Source of the DNA: Takakia lepidozioides
Taxonomy: Eukaryota > Plantae > Bryophyta
NCBI GenBank assembly: GCA_030704615.1
Contig: CM060734.1
Location: 7,998,001-8,062,000, forward strand
Direction: 5' to 3'
Length of the DNA: 64,000 nt
Shown here: positions 26,723-38,819 of the stretch, piece by piece
Position numbering within the stretch: position 1 is the first letter of the stretch
How the letters are laid out: each line of letters opens with the position of its first letter
Translations under genes and position numbers: made by a program
The notes under the pieces: generated by a model
The model's input: only the letters and a program-made list of their open reading frames with translations
What the model was told of the DNA's origin: nothing
The model's database searches: none

Positions 26723-27151
26723 AGGTGTTTGATACTGCGTATGTTCATGTAGCTGATTTCTATAGGAGTCTTTTTGCTATTCCCATTCCAACAACATCAG
26801 GTCCACTGAGACTGCCATATTCCGAAATCGGAATCAGGCACCACCTATATGAAACCATCAGCTAAGAATGAAATCTCCAGTTCATTCAATCACAGCCCGG
26901 AGAAATATCTCAAGTTGCTGGCCAACTACTTGTGGGCTAAGGTGTTTATCTGGAGTCGCATATAATGAATCGAAGATCTAGTTCTCAGCTGACATGCAGC
27001 TGATGGTTTTATATTGGTTAATGATGGTGGGCCGTGGCTGATACGGGAGTCTGAATATGACAGTCTTTGGGGACCTGATACTGTTCGCATGGGAATAGCA
27101 AAACGACTATTATACAATTCAGCTACAGGAACAACAATAGCATCAAACACC
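26723..27151. repeat. Imperfect inverted repeat, arms of about 140-155 bp around a loop of about 130 bp
   Basis: GGTGTTTGATACTG...TTTTGCTATTCCCAT...AAACCATCAGCT is mirrored by AGCTGATGGTTTT...ATGGGAATAGCAAAA...CATCAAACACC. Confidence 0.75.
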
Positions 27152-27649
27152 TAGCAGTAAATATGATTTTTGACATTGCTTGTGACAGTTAGTTGGTGGT
27201 TATTCAGTTGGAGATTATTTAGTTGGGGAACAGTTTACGAGTGCTTTACAATAAATCGTCAGAAGTACCACAACCCATCACAGATGAACCTTGACTAGTT
27301 ACCCGACACTATTTCTTTGAAGATTTCGCAGAAAACGTCACTCTCTCCATCAACGTACTCGTCACTGAGCAACTCTCCAGAAGCATACGAGCAGCATACT
27401 TACTCCATAGTTGGATACTTTCAGCATCTTACTCTAGGGTCAGTTACTTGGACACAGGGTTGCACACGTCACTGACGTCACGTCACGTCAGTTTTGCCGA
27501 AAAATCAGTAAAACATGAGTTAGGTGAAAATATGCCACGTAGGTGGATATGTTGTATTCCAAGCGATACCTTGGCAAGTGAATGAATTGTTTTATAAATT
27601 ACTCCATCCGCCAGTATTTGAGGTCATTTTTAAATCATTATTGTTAAAT

Positions 27650-28150
27650 TGGTGCGACCTCCAAATGGTGGAAGTCGCAGAATTTATCTTATTTTTTAAT
27701 AGTTACGACCACCAGCAGAGGGGTTGTCGTAGCATTTTTGTTTTTTAAAAATAGATGCGACCACCAGCAGGGGTGGTCGTATTTTTTTCTTTTCTTAAAC
27801 AGTTGCGACCACCGCTACTGGTGGTCGCACAATTTTTATTTTATTTGTAATAGGTGCGACCACCATTATGGGGGTGGTCGCCACATTTTTTTGTTTTTTT
27901 AATAGGTGCGACCACCAGCAGGGGGGTGGTCGCAGCAATTTTTTGTTTTTTAATATCTGTGACCACGAGCATGGGGGTGGTCGCAGCAATTTTCTGTTTT
28001 TTAATATCTGCGACCACCAGCATGAAGGTGGTCGCAGCAGTTTTTAAAAAAAAAATCACATGCGACTTCCTCGTGTGACCTGGAGTGGTCGCAACATTGG
28101 ATTCTGATTCGTCGAGCGTGTGAGGCTTGGAGGCTGGAGGGTATATAAGG
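27650..28150 (+). promoter_or_regulatory. Array of about 8 TGCGACCACC-N6-10-GGTGGTCGCA palindromes followed by a TATA box
   Basis: Units of about 55-60 bp separated by A/T tracts; TATATAAGG at 28142-28150, upstream of the transposase. Confidence 0.65.
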
Positions 28151-28450
28151 TGGTCACAATGCCCCTCACTTCTTTTGTGGAAAACATTTTTGTGGCGAGT
28201 GATTGTTGTCTATTCCTTGAGCAAGAGTGAGGAGGGTGCGGACCGTTTGCTGTTGTGGCTTCCACCAGAGCCACTGCAGCAAATTGTCGAAAAGCACAAT
28301 ACTACATGGTGCATTGCTCCACTTGGATTGATGCCGTAGTGTTGGGCCATCGCATTATGTTCTAACTTCTATTGCTCTTGACAAATCTACCAAGTACACT
28401 AGTGTTCTTCGTTCAATCTTAAGTCTGTGGTTAGGGTTTTGGGTGTGAGG

Positions 28451-31246
28451 ATGAGGGAGGAGTGGATCCCTTGGTTCACCGTAGACCCGCACAAAAATGA
28501 CGGTGTTCAATGCAATTTCTGTGCATTGAAGCTGGCGGGTCGCAAAGATCGCATGTTATATCACCTCGGCTACAGAGATGGGAAGAATGCAGGGGGTCTG
28601 CTGTTCGTGGAGAAGCCGGTGGGTCAAGAGCACACCCGATTGTACGCCAGCACTTGTACGGACCAGACCATTGAGGCAACAATCAATGCAAGAAGGCTTA
28701 AATTTGTCGCACAGGAGGACTCTGGATAAGAAGTGGGCCCAATTTTTCTACGAGGCCAATATTCCGTTCAATATCTCGAGGCTTTATGCGTTTGTGGCTG
28801 CTGTCAAAGCCACGTCCAATTCCAAGTCCATATACACACCTCTGAGTTATCGCGATCTCGGCACATAATTGCTAGAAGAGGCTATGTCTGACCTCACCCA
28901 AAAGGTGAATGAAAAGACAGGTGATTCTCTCCGGAAATATGGAAGCACTATATGTGCGGATAGTTGGAGTTCTGTTACTAATCGACCACTGTTCAATGTC
29001 ATGTTGGTCTGTCCTGCGGGGGAACAATTTTTGGGATCCGTTGACACAAGCGGGGAGAGAAAAGATGCACGTTATCAAGCAGGGTTGTTGACGAGTTTCA
29101 TCGATAAAATTAGAGCTGATAAAATTGTCCAAGTGTGCACGGACAAAGCATCTAACATGGTTAATATGGCCAATATTTTGATGGTACAATATCCCCATCT
29201 ATATTACCAAGGGTGTGCTGCTAATATCTTTGATCTCCTTTTGGAGGATTGGGGAAAAATCATGGATGATGAAACAACTAGTAAAAAGGGCAAAGTCGGT
29301 TGTTCATTTGTTACATCACATCTTGGCATTTTAGAAAGCATGAACCCAAATACAGCCTTAGGAACCCGGGTGAAACCCGCTTTGCCACAAACTTTTTGAT
29401 GGTGGATCGACTGGTGACTGTGAGGGCGGGTCTGGAGCAGGTGATCATTAACCCTCAATGGGATGCGTATGTGGGCACCTTACGCGACTCTCATAAGTCC
29501 AAGTCTTTGAGCAAAAGTCGCAGGGTCCGCGCAATCATTCGCTCCGACGATTTCTGGGCGAAATGTGCAATTTTTGTGTACATGGTGGAGCCGGTGTTGA
29601 TTGCTTTGCGGGAGTTTGATGGAAAACAACCAATAATGGGTAAAACATGGTTGATATTGGAAAACCTTGAGAAGCACGTGCAATCTTTGAGGCGTTCGCC
29701 ATTTTCTATGGACGATGATTTGGCGGCAAGGACCGAGGATGCATTTTACGACCGCAAACGGATGGTTCGCACAGACTTGCATTATGCGGGGGCCTTGCTG
29801 AATCCATTCTTGCTGGACAATACGGATTTGAGAGACGATGTGGATGCCAAAGCCGGGCTTGTACGGGTCATTATGCAACTTGTGCCCTTGAACATGGCAA
29901 AGTGAGCTTTGTCCGAGTACCAGTGCTTCTCGGATCGCCAGAATCCTTTCCATGACATGCCGGATCCAAAAGCAATGAACATGTTGCCACATGAATGGGG
30001 AGATCTGATTGGAGCTGGAGCAAGAACGTTAGCTCCCATTGCAAAGCGTATTCTTGCTCAAGTGTGCTCTGCCTTGTCCTGTGAGCAGAACTGGAGCAGT
30101 TACTCGTTTGTTCACAACAAGATTCGCAACAGGTTGAATCCTGCCAGGGCTGACAAATTGGTTTATGTCTACACGAATTGTAGGCTACTGCGAGAGAGGA
30201 CAACAAGTGACGCATCTGCATGGTACAAGAAGAATCTATTGTTTAAAGAATCTGCCTCAGAGGTCCAATCTAGCAGCAATGATGACACCGACGCCGCGAG
30301 GGACTCCGACTCCGACGGTTGAGATGGGTCCGATGATGTGGGCAATCCTCCACATGACCCATATGAATTTAATGACGATGATGTTGCAATGTATCCATCC
30401 TTCGATGACCTTGTGTTTGATGAACTGCGACATGGTATCATCCCAATTGTGGACCCCCTTCCCCCACTGGAGCACACTCTCAACAATGAAGTTGAGGTCA
30501 ACTCTCCCCCACCACGAGTTCCACGGACTGCGGGAGATGTGCAGGTCGAATCGTCGGATGATGACAACCGGTCGTTGTCACTCCTTCACCGACATCGTGC
30601 CCCTGTGAACCGTGCTTCATCTCACGCCGCTCCATCTCATGTTTCTCTTTCTCAAGCCGGTCCATCCCATGCTGGTCCATCTAGTCTCTCTCCCCCTCAT
30701 GTAATTCCTTCCATCGCTACTCCGATCCTGGGAGATGCTTCTTCTGTTGCGGGACTTCTGCAAGTCGAACCATCGGATAACGACGACCGGCCATTGTCGT
30801 TTCAACTGGCCCGACGACGTCCGCATGTGAACCGTGCTCCCTTGACCCTCGCTGGTCCATCTCATGCCCCTTCCTCTCATGTCGGCCCCTCTGATGTACG
30901 TGCGAGTAGCCTTCCTCATATGAGACCTGCTCCAAGGCCACCACAAAATCCGGGACAAGCCCAAAAACGGCAGAGAATTGTGAAACCTTTTGTTGGTGAC
31001 CGACCTCTGAACAGTCCTGATACCCTAGATGGTATTCATGATAGGAGTGGAAATCGACCAGAGAGAGAACTGAACGTACTTCGAGGACGACTACAGGTCC
31101 AACGGCCAGTTGCCTCTGGAAACGAAAGAACAGATGGAGATCATGATTCTAGCACTGATCATGGGAACGAGGGTGAAGTGAGTGGGGACGAAGATTTTGT
31201 ACTAGGCATGAGATCATACCATCGTCGTCGTGCCAGACGGAACTAG
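28451..31246 (+). pseudogene. hAT transposase (BED-like finger, DUF659-type core, dimerisation domain, low-complexity tail) with stops and frameshifts
   Basis: VQCNFC...MLYHLG; WAQFFYEANIPFN; TICADSWSSVTNRPLFNVML; VQVCTD; PGETRFATNFLM; LHYAGALLNP; AKRILAQVCSALSCEQNWSSYSFVHNKIRNRL. Confidence 0.9.
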
Positions 31247-31683
31247 GTACAACTATAACTTCTGTCACATGATGTGTAGTATGTTTCCATGGATATCCAT
31301 GTTTCAGTTTGGGTATATGCATACGTGTAACGGAAATAAAAATGGGGGAATATGTGTACCCAAGAAAGGGTTTGGTGGTTGTGCGTGTATTTGTGTTTCG
31401 TCATTACCTTTACATTGTTGATTTCCTATTATTTCAAAAGCCACAAAGGCCAGGTGCAGCTCCCAACATTCATCTTGCCCTTCACAAATCCATGGGGAAT
31501 CGATACATATGCTTTTCATCTGCCTCTCCAAACATACATACAGGTGCAGGGGGACCAACCTCCTGGTGGTCGCACCTATTTTTTTTTAAACAATTGTGCG
31601 ACCACCAGTAGCGGTCGTCGCAACTGTTAAAATAAAAATAAAAATGTTGCGACCACCCCCCTGCTCATAATCGCACCTATTTA

Positions 31684-31994
31684 CTGATTTAGTAGGTAGT
31701 AAGTTAGTACGTAGTAAGGGGGGGGGGGGGGTCCCTTATATAGCCTCTCAGGGCAGTGGGACCCTTCTAGAAGCCCGCCGACCCTGGGAACCTTCTAGAA
31801 GGCCCTGGACACATGTCAACCCTACAGGACTCCCTATTCTAAATTTAGCCAATTCCTCCATTCTTTTTTTTTGACCCCCTCATCTCATTCCTTAATACAC
31901 GTGGCCTTCCTACATAGGCGCCCCACTCTAATTCCTGGGCCACAGTAATTCCTGGACCACTCTAGAATCAAGGCCCAAATGAAACTGCTCTACA
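31684..31994 (-). mobile_element. Partial LTR-like fragment inserted in the array
   Basis: Minus strand starts TGTAGAGCAG and contains CTATATAAG. Flanked by the direct repeat TCGCACCTATTTA (31671-31683 and 32001-32013). Confidence 0.4.
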
Positions 31995-32165
31995 TATTAT
32001 TCGCACCTATTTAACAAAAAGAAAAATGGTCCGACCACCCCCCTGCTGGTGGTCGCAACTAATTAAAAATAGAAAATTCTGCGACCACCCCCTTGCCGGT
32101 GGTCGTCCCTAAAAAAAATGGTGCGACCACCCCCCTGCAATGACCCCCTTGCTGGTGGTCGCAGG

Positions 32166-32386
32166 TTTTTTTTTTTTTTTTTTTTTGGAAACACCTGGGA
32201 GCGACAGCTCACAAATCAAGCCCCTTAGTAGTGAGACGAGAAAATAACCTCTTTCATTTATGCGCCATGAGGCGTAGGAATGGGGCACCACCCACGAACC
32301 ATACCACACCCATCAAGTAGCAAGATTTGACCCCAGAATCGTCCGGGTCGCACTCAGTGCACTTAACCAACTGAGCTACTGACTGT
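32166..32386 (-). mobile_element. tRNA-derived SINE
   Basis: Minus strand has A box TAGCTCAGTTGG, B-box-like GGGTCAAATC, an unrelated body and a poly(A) tail (poly-T at 32166-32186). Confidence 0.8.
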
Positions 32387-33088
32387 TGGTAGATATTAAA
32401 AAATCGGAAAATTGTGTGACCACCCCCCTGCAAAGGAAAATAGTGCGACCACCAGCAAGTGGTGGTCGCACCTATTTTTTTTAAACAAAATTTCTGCGAC
32501 CACCCCCCTGCTGGTGGTCTCGCCTATTAAAAAAAAGAAAAATTATGCGACCACCCCCCTGCTGGTGGTCGCACCTATTAAAAAAAATAAAAATTCTGCG
32601 ACCACCCCCCTGCTAGTGGTCGCACATAATAAAGAAAAAAAAAAATGATGCGACCACCCCCTTGCTGGCAGTCGCAGCTATTACTAGCGTGCGTAGTCAT
32701 GATGCCCCGAGTGTGGAGGGGGGCTTATAAGGCCTTCAAGGCCATTCTCTCCCTCACTTTTCTCCACACCAGGACTTGGTGGGCGATGGGATGTTGCATT
32801 CCTTGTCATTGAGTCAAAGTGGAGAGGGGTGCTATTGGTTAGGTGGGGGGTATTTTGGGCCGTTGGTTTCTACGAAATCGATGTTGAGTACCTCCCAGGA
32901 AACCCTCCTCTGGCACCCACGTTTTTTTCATTGCACATTGCGTCATATCACTTAGAACTGCGGAGGGAGTGACACGTGCCTCTAGTGCTTGGGGCGGTTA
33001 GGGAGTAGGATTAGGTACGATTTAGGAGGGTTGGGAGAGCATTTTTCTTAGCAAACACCTGTCGAGTAGGGGTAAGCCAGAGCCATAA

Positions 33089-35475
33089 ATGGCGGAGGAG
33101 AAAGACAGAGGAGGTCATCCCAGGGATGACAATAATGAACCTGGACCTCCCAAAAAAAAACTGAAAGGGGTCAGGCGCGAACTTCGTTGGGACATATATA
33201 ATGACCCCAACATTCTTGCGGAACCAGGTTGGGAAGTTTGGAGGTTGGGGCAGCGGTGGTCGCTTGGTGACTGCAGGAAATTTGTGGACTGGTGTCACAT
33301 AAATCGTTTGTGGCCCAGAGATAGGCATGATCCACAAACCAAACAAAATCAAGCTAGCTTGCATTCCTACGCCAACCCGCATTTCCGCCACAGGGCAGAG
33401 GAGGTACATACAACATTGTGGGGTCAACCACTCGTCAACAAGGTCCCGTATTTATTTGCGGCCATGTTGTACACAGAGTTGATTTTATTGCGACCAGTGG
33501 ATTGGCAAACTGCCAATGCGAGACAACGTACTAGACTATACATGTTCTCTGATATCCCAAACTTGTATATACGTCAGGGGCAGGACATCATACGGTTGGA
33601 TGTAAACGACGAGGTGGAATAATGAGGAAAGACAGACGCAGTGGTGGTGTGGAAGGTGCAGGGGGACCAACCTCCAGATTATATGCCGCAACAGGTCTCC
33701 GCAGCCGGGCCTTCAACATCTGAGGTGGAGGGGTGGAGGTACGCTCTCTGTTGGAGGAACAGTTGGCCGCACATGAGCAACACATCAAGGACCTGCAGGA
33801 TATTATTCAGTTGCAATGGTGGCAAATAGCGAAGTTGCTGGAAAGAATGGGGTTGGGGACTCTCGACAGCGTACGCGGTGTGCTTCAGGACCCGAGGCCA
33901 ATCACCAACGAGCAAGACATATTAGCGCGTTTGGATATGCCACCAATGAACATTGACTGTGTCATCGACGGGGTTGACTCAATCGGGCATGGGAATGAAG
34001 TGCAAACGCCTGAACTGGACCCGACGAGGGTTGAGAAAGAAAGACTTGCGGCGGAGAGGGCAAGAAAAGGGAAGGACCCCATAGTGGAAACTGAGGAATG
34101 TTCAGCCATGCAAATTACATCGGCCCAGGAACAGGAATTAGAGCAGCTTGTGGGGGAACGTGAGCAAGCTAGGGCTATTGCATATCGGTACTCAAATGCC
34201 ATGCAAATCCGATCGTGGCCATGGTTGACGGGGAATTGGCGGAATTGGGTGACATGGGCGGGCCATCTAGCATCGCGGGAAACACGGATAGAAGAAGCGT
34301 TGTCCTCCCTCCAACGTGCAGCACATTTGTCGAATCGAAGCGTAGATAGCATCTCTGCTAATTTGCAAAGGCACGACACTGTGCGTGATGTATTCACGTC
34401 GAAGTACATTGGATTCACTATATGGGGTGATGTGGATGCCATGTTTGAGCACTGTAGGCATTCAATTTCCGATACCAATAAGAGCATAAACTAGGATTTG
34501 GAAGTAGAGGAGGAGTGGGACAGCAGGCCGAGGATGTCATCCGACATTCATGAGGATGAACGGACGTGGATACCACGGAGCAATCCAGTGTCATGGATAA
34601 CAGATGGTACGGTGTGCACAATGTGCCTAAACCCTTACGGACCGGAGGGAGGCTATATGCTTGGTTCATGTGGCCATTTGTTCCACCCCACATGTCTCAT
34701 ATCGGCAGCCATGCGAACCAGTCAATGCCCTGACTGTCGTGGACCAATCCATCGACGTTTCTACGAGTTGTTTGGGTTGCAAGACAGTATGCCCACGGGA
34801 TACGAGTACAACCGGTACAACATGCCATTGGATGTGGAGCCTTATGATTTTTTAAATTGTCAGCACTGGGGGGAGACAATGACATGGGATTCTCCAAGAG
34901 AGATGCACGCCTTGAATGCTATGACGTTATCTAGGGTTAAAGATCCGGTGACCTTTTGGGTGACATCCAACTGGGAAATAACCATGCGTGCTAGAGGCAT
35001 ACGAGACCCAGTCCAAATGGAGCTTTTTTGCCGGAACTTGGGAGGGCATTGGAGCTGTACCAGACAAAGATTCTTCCAACTGCCTGAGGATCCGTGGGTG
35101 CCAGCGGAAAACAACCCATACAATCGCAAACCGATTGGGAGAGACCTATTTCTGAGGGAGTTGGAGGCCATTAGCATCCGTTGGGATGATATGAATGAGA
35201 GGTACTGGGTGCCTCGTCGGGATGAAGGGCCATTTCCTCCATAGTTGCGCAGAGACCCCCAGCAAGAGGAGGTGTTGGACAATTTCAAGGCTGCCATCAC
35301 GAGTGTTGTAATGTATTGGCAGAACACATGGCGTGACCAAGTTGCCCCTATTCCAGGGGTGTTCTTGCCACTTCCAAACATATCGGATTTAATTGAAAAA
35401 TTGCATGAAGCCGTAGCAAGAGCGTTGAGACTTGGCCAATATGTTCAATGTATCATGGAAGAGGCCCTAGAGTAA
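33089..35475 (+). pseudogene. Cargo gene: unknown N-terminal domain, coiled coil and RING-H2 finger; interrupted by stops and a frameshift
   Basis: Consecutive ORFs 33089-33622, 33733-34494, 34498-35244 and 35245-35475. RING-H2 reads CTMC...CGHLFHPTC...CPDC. Confidence 0.75.
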
Positions 35476-36700
35476 TATGAGATCAATCGAAATTTGTTCA
35501 ATGGGCCAACGGATGGTTGCCCGTCCAAATGATTTTTGTTCGCTTTGAGACTTGGCCAGTGTGTTCAATGTACCCTCTCATAGGTCCCACTGTAATATGA
35601 GATCAATCGAAATTCATTCGATGGGCCAATGAGGCGTTCAGTTGTCATCTGGTTTTTGTTCATTGCAAAAAAGAAATCCTGCAATGCGTGCACGGCTATT
35701 GCACCCATTGAACGGATGTGGATGAAGCCCCTCTTTTTCCCGCATGTGCTTGAACATGTGTGCAACACATGTGTGGAGACACAATAGACGAATAAATCAT
35801 TTGCCTCCCCATCGACACCAAGCCATTCCAGAATGTAATTGAATTTAAATTAATTTTAAGCCAATAAATAGGTTTGCACTGCCTTTCATTGGGGGTTTCT
35901 GGCATGTATCAATTTTGTTTTTGGCTCAATTGTGTTCTGCGGCTTCAAACATCCCACTGCTACTCCCCCGCCAAAATTTGGACCGTTCAAAAATGCCCCC
36001 AAAAAAAAGTGTTCTCTTCGCTCACTATTGTAGAACTCTCTATGAAGAGTGCATGAAGTAGAGCACAAATCAAGTTTGGAGTGCAAAACGGGTAAGAAAC
36101 TGTGGTTTTGGGTCCAAATGAATTTTGATCGCTCCCAAATTTGGCACGCACGTTGCATATGGAGTCATTACATGCCCCATTCAAAAACAGAATGAAAAAA
36201 AAAACATGAGCACGCGAAACGCAGTCCAACAGGTCCCAAAGTAATAGCAGATCCAACAGAATACATTCAATGGCTCAACGGATGGTTGGCCATTGAAATG
36301 ATTTTGGTTTGCTTTGAGACTTGGCCAATATGTTCAATGTACCATGGAAAAGGCCCTTGAGTAATATGAGATCAATCGAAATTTGTTCAATGGGCCAACG
36401 GATGGTTGCCCATCCAAATGATTTTCGTTCGCTTTGAGACTTGGCTAGTATGTTCAATGTACCATGGAAGAGGCCCCAGAGTAATATGAGATCAATCGAA
36501 ATTCGGTCAATGGGCCAACGGATGGTTGCCCATCCAAATGATTTTCGTTCGCTTTGAGACTTGGCCGGTGTGTTCAATGTACCCTCTGATAGGTCCCACT
36601 GTAATATGAGATCAATCGTAATTCGTTCGATGGGCCAATGAGGCGTTCAGTTGTCATCTGGTTTTTGTTCATTGCGAAAAAGAAATCCTGCAATGCGTGA
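35425..36700. repeat. Tandem repeat of about 119 bp in two clusters; an inverted partial copy lies at 48729-48978
   Basis: GTAATATGAGATCAATCGAAATT...GCTTTGAGACTTGGCC recurs near 35472, 35593, 36361, 36481 and 36601. Confidence 0.85.
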
Positions 36701-37355
36701 ATGGAGGAATGAATTGATCCCCAACAATTCTAACCCTCCGAATTGTACCATACCCTCCCTGTTTGGGCGCGTCGAGTTGTTGTACCTGTGCGTTTGTGGA
36801 TATGTATCTCACGTTCAATGCCGCATCCGCGGACAAGGACCCTGCCTTCCATGGGAGTGGTTTCGTATGTTGTTTGGCGTGGGCCTTTGCCATGTCAGAC
36901 CACCAATCCACAAGCACAAACAACTCCTCCTCCAAAGTTGACATGCGACCTTCAGCTACAAGTGTTCTCGTAACAAACTTGTCCATGGTTTGCCTCAGAT
37001 TCCATGTGGCATCATGGGCCTGGTCCTCCATCCATGTCGTGAACTGGAACTTCGCCCTGTCCTCCTCCTATTCATCCCTGGCCAAAGCCTCCCTCATTTT
37101 CATCTCCATATTGTGCTGGAATCTAAGGAACCCCTCATTCCCATGTCGGACATACAAAAGATTCAAACGCATTATATCATTATCCTTCAAATAATCCAGC
37201 ACTACTTGCTTCACCACCTTCGCGGCCTCTGCGCTTGGATAGTCTTTTTTGTTGACGTGACTATCCCGTTCATGTGCATGTTTACGCTTCCTACCTTTAT
37301 GCCCACTTCCCGAAGAACCCCCTGACACTGCGTTCGAAGCAATGTTTCCGGACAT
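36700..37355 (-). pseudogene. 5' part of a protein-kinase-like cargo gene, truncated just after subdomain I
   Basis: MSGNIASN... reads through one TAG (37068) to KQGGYGTIRRVRI, a Gly-rich loop, then is cut by the tandem repeat. Confidence 0.5.
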
Positions 37356-37645
37356 GATGAAAGTACTCTGCGGAATAGACGCGGCTTCGTAACGGAAAAC
37401 TAAACCCAAACTATTGATAACCTTATATACTAGCAGACCAATTTCCTCACCCTCTATTGGTATAGTACCCAAAGCAAACTGTCTCCCGCAGTCCCAGGAA
37501 AAAAGACAAAAACTCCTCCCCCACACAAATCCACTTCCCCCCCCCCCCCCCGGCTCAGTCCTGGCCACCGAAGTTGAAACTCCAAGAAGCTCCAGAACCG
37601 CACTCACAGAGAGGAAAAAAATTGGGTTGGGAATGAGGGGTAGGC

Positions 37646-37920
37646 CCTTATATACTGCCTGGAGAGGCCTGCCTTGAGTGGCGCGCGACCGCCTCTGCTA
37701 CCCATTCACGCCTCGCCACGTGTCCAGGCAGCTGTCGCATCTATGGTGGTCGCAGCTAATAACAAAACAAAAAAACTGCTGCGACCCCCCTGCCGGTGGT
37801 CGCACATTTTTAAAAACAAAACGAAAATGTGCGAGCCCCCATAAGCGGTTGCAGCTAATAACAAAATAGAAAAAGTCTGCGACCACCACCGGCTGGTGGT
37901 CGCACCCATTTAAAAAATAA
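37646..37920 (-). promoter_or_regulatory. Third TGCGACCACC palindrome array plus TATA box, oriented toward the kinase-like gene
   Basis: About 4 units at 37735-37905; CCTTATATA at 37646-37654 reads TATATAAGG on the minus strand. Confidence 0.6.
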
Positions 37921-37929
37921 TTAAAGGAC

Positions 37930-38819
37930 CCACCTGGGAAGGGGCATGCACATGACTTAGTCTGCACCGGAGACACCTTTGGTAAAGAGAAATTGACCCT
38001 GTCGGGGCGATGGGAATCTCCATCCAACCCTGGAGGAGTGTTCAATTTCCTTTTGCATGATCCAAATGTTTCCTTGTCTTCCAAATGGGGGACCCTGGAT
38101 TGCAAAGGGGAGCCTTCAGTGCACCTGTTCAGAGCTCTTGCCATCTTTGATGGGTCTCCGGACCTGTTCACAGCCCTTAGCATCAACAAAGTCGTATCAG
38201 GGCCCTTGCCTCCGCCACGTCCCATCAGAAAATTCCGGTATCTGGTTTGTTGTGTAAGTGCCCGCACCATGTCATCTGCAGTGACAACATACAATCACGT
38301 TTTGCTTTGGTAGAGTGCTGCATCCAGGCGTTGTGAACAGTCTCCGCCAAATTACACGAAGGCATGTCGGCCAAGTGAGGACATGTCCTGCAGGAGGCAA
38401 TGCACGCAAATGTGAGGAACGAAGGAAATGGCAGAGGTTCTGCAAGTGACAATCCAACAACCCCAGAGGAATTGGAATAGGCATGATGCAAAGTGAAATT
38501 TGTGTTTCTGGGATTGAAGAGGCTTACCGTCGTCATGAAAGCTCCCCACTGTCTGTACCTGAAGTGCCAGAAAACCAACCAGTCCTCCAACTCCTTCAGC
38601 TGGATCCCAGTAGCAGCACCAGACGAGAACCACCAAGCCCAGATTGTTTGGTAAGTGCTCTCAGCTTCTCCCATGAGGTGGCATTTTTGTACTTGAGACA
38701 GAGCCTTCTGTGCTCCAACTGAAGGTCAAGTTGAATGCAGCGCTTTGTATGACGTGCCAGAGATTTACTCCAATGGCAGAGGCATGTGCGCTCCCTATTT
38801 TCCATTGGCACTTTAGGAT
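37930..38819 (-). pseudogene. C-terminal half of a MULE-type DDE transposase
   Basis: PKVPMENRERTCLCHW (CxxH signature), WLVFWHFRYRQWG, an intron, CNLAETVHNAW (catalytic E) and DSHRPDRVNFS. Confidence 0.75.

Larger units (their letters stand above)
31555..32732 (+). promoter_or_regulatory. Second TGCGACCACC palindrome array (about 11 units, interrupted by two insertions) followed by a TATA-like box
   Basis: Same motif as 27650-28095. CTTATAAGG lies at 32724-32732 and is followed by a leader resembling the one at 28150-28250. Confidence 0.65.
27455..37925. mobile_element. Large hAT-family element with cargo genes; left end present, right end not found
   Basis: hAT-like start CAGGGTTGCACACGTCACTGACGTCACG at 27455, a hAT transposase, and the same palindrome arrays recurring through to 37920. 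Confidence 0.55.

Noticed and set aside
14398-27470. A single hAT element bounded by 14398 and 27455
   Set aside because: Both termini face the same direction and differ in sequence, so they are ends of two different elements.
32310-32386. Functional tRNA gene
   Set aside because: It has A/B boxes but no clean cloverleaf, and continues into a body and poly(A) tail, so it is a SINE.
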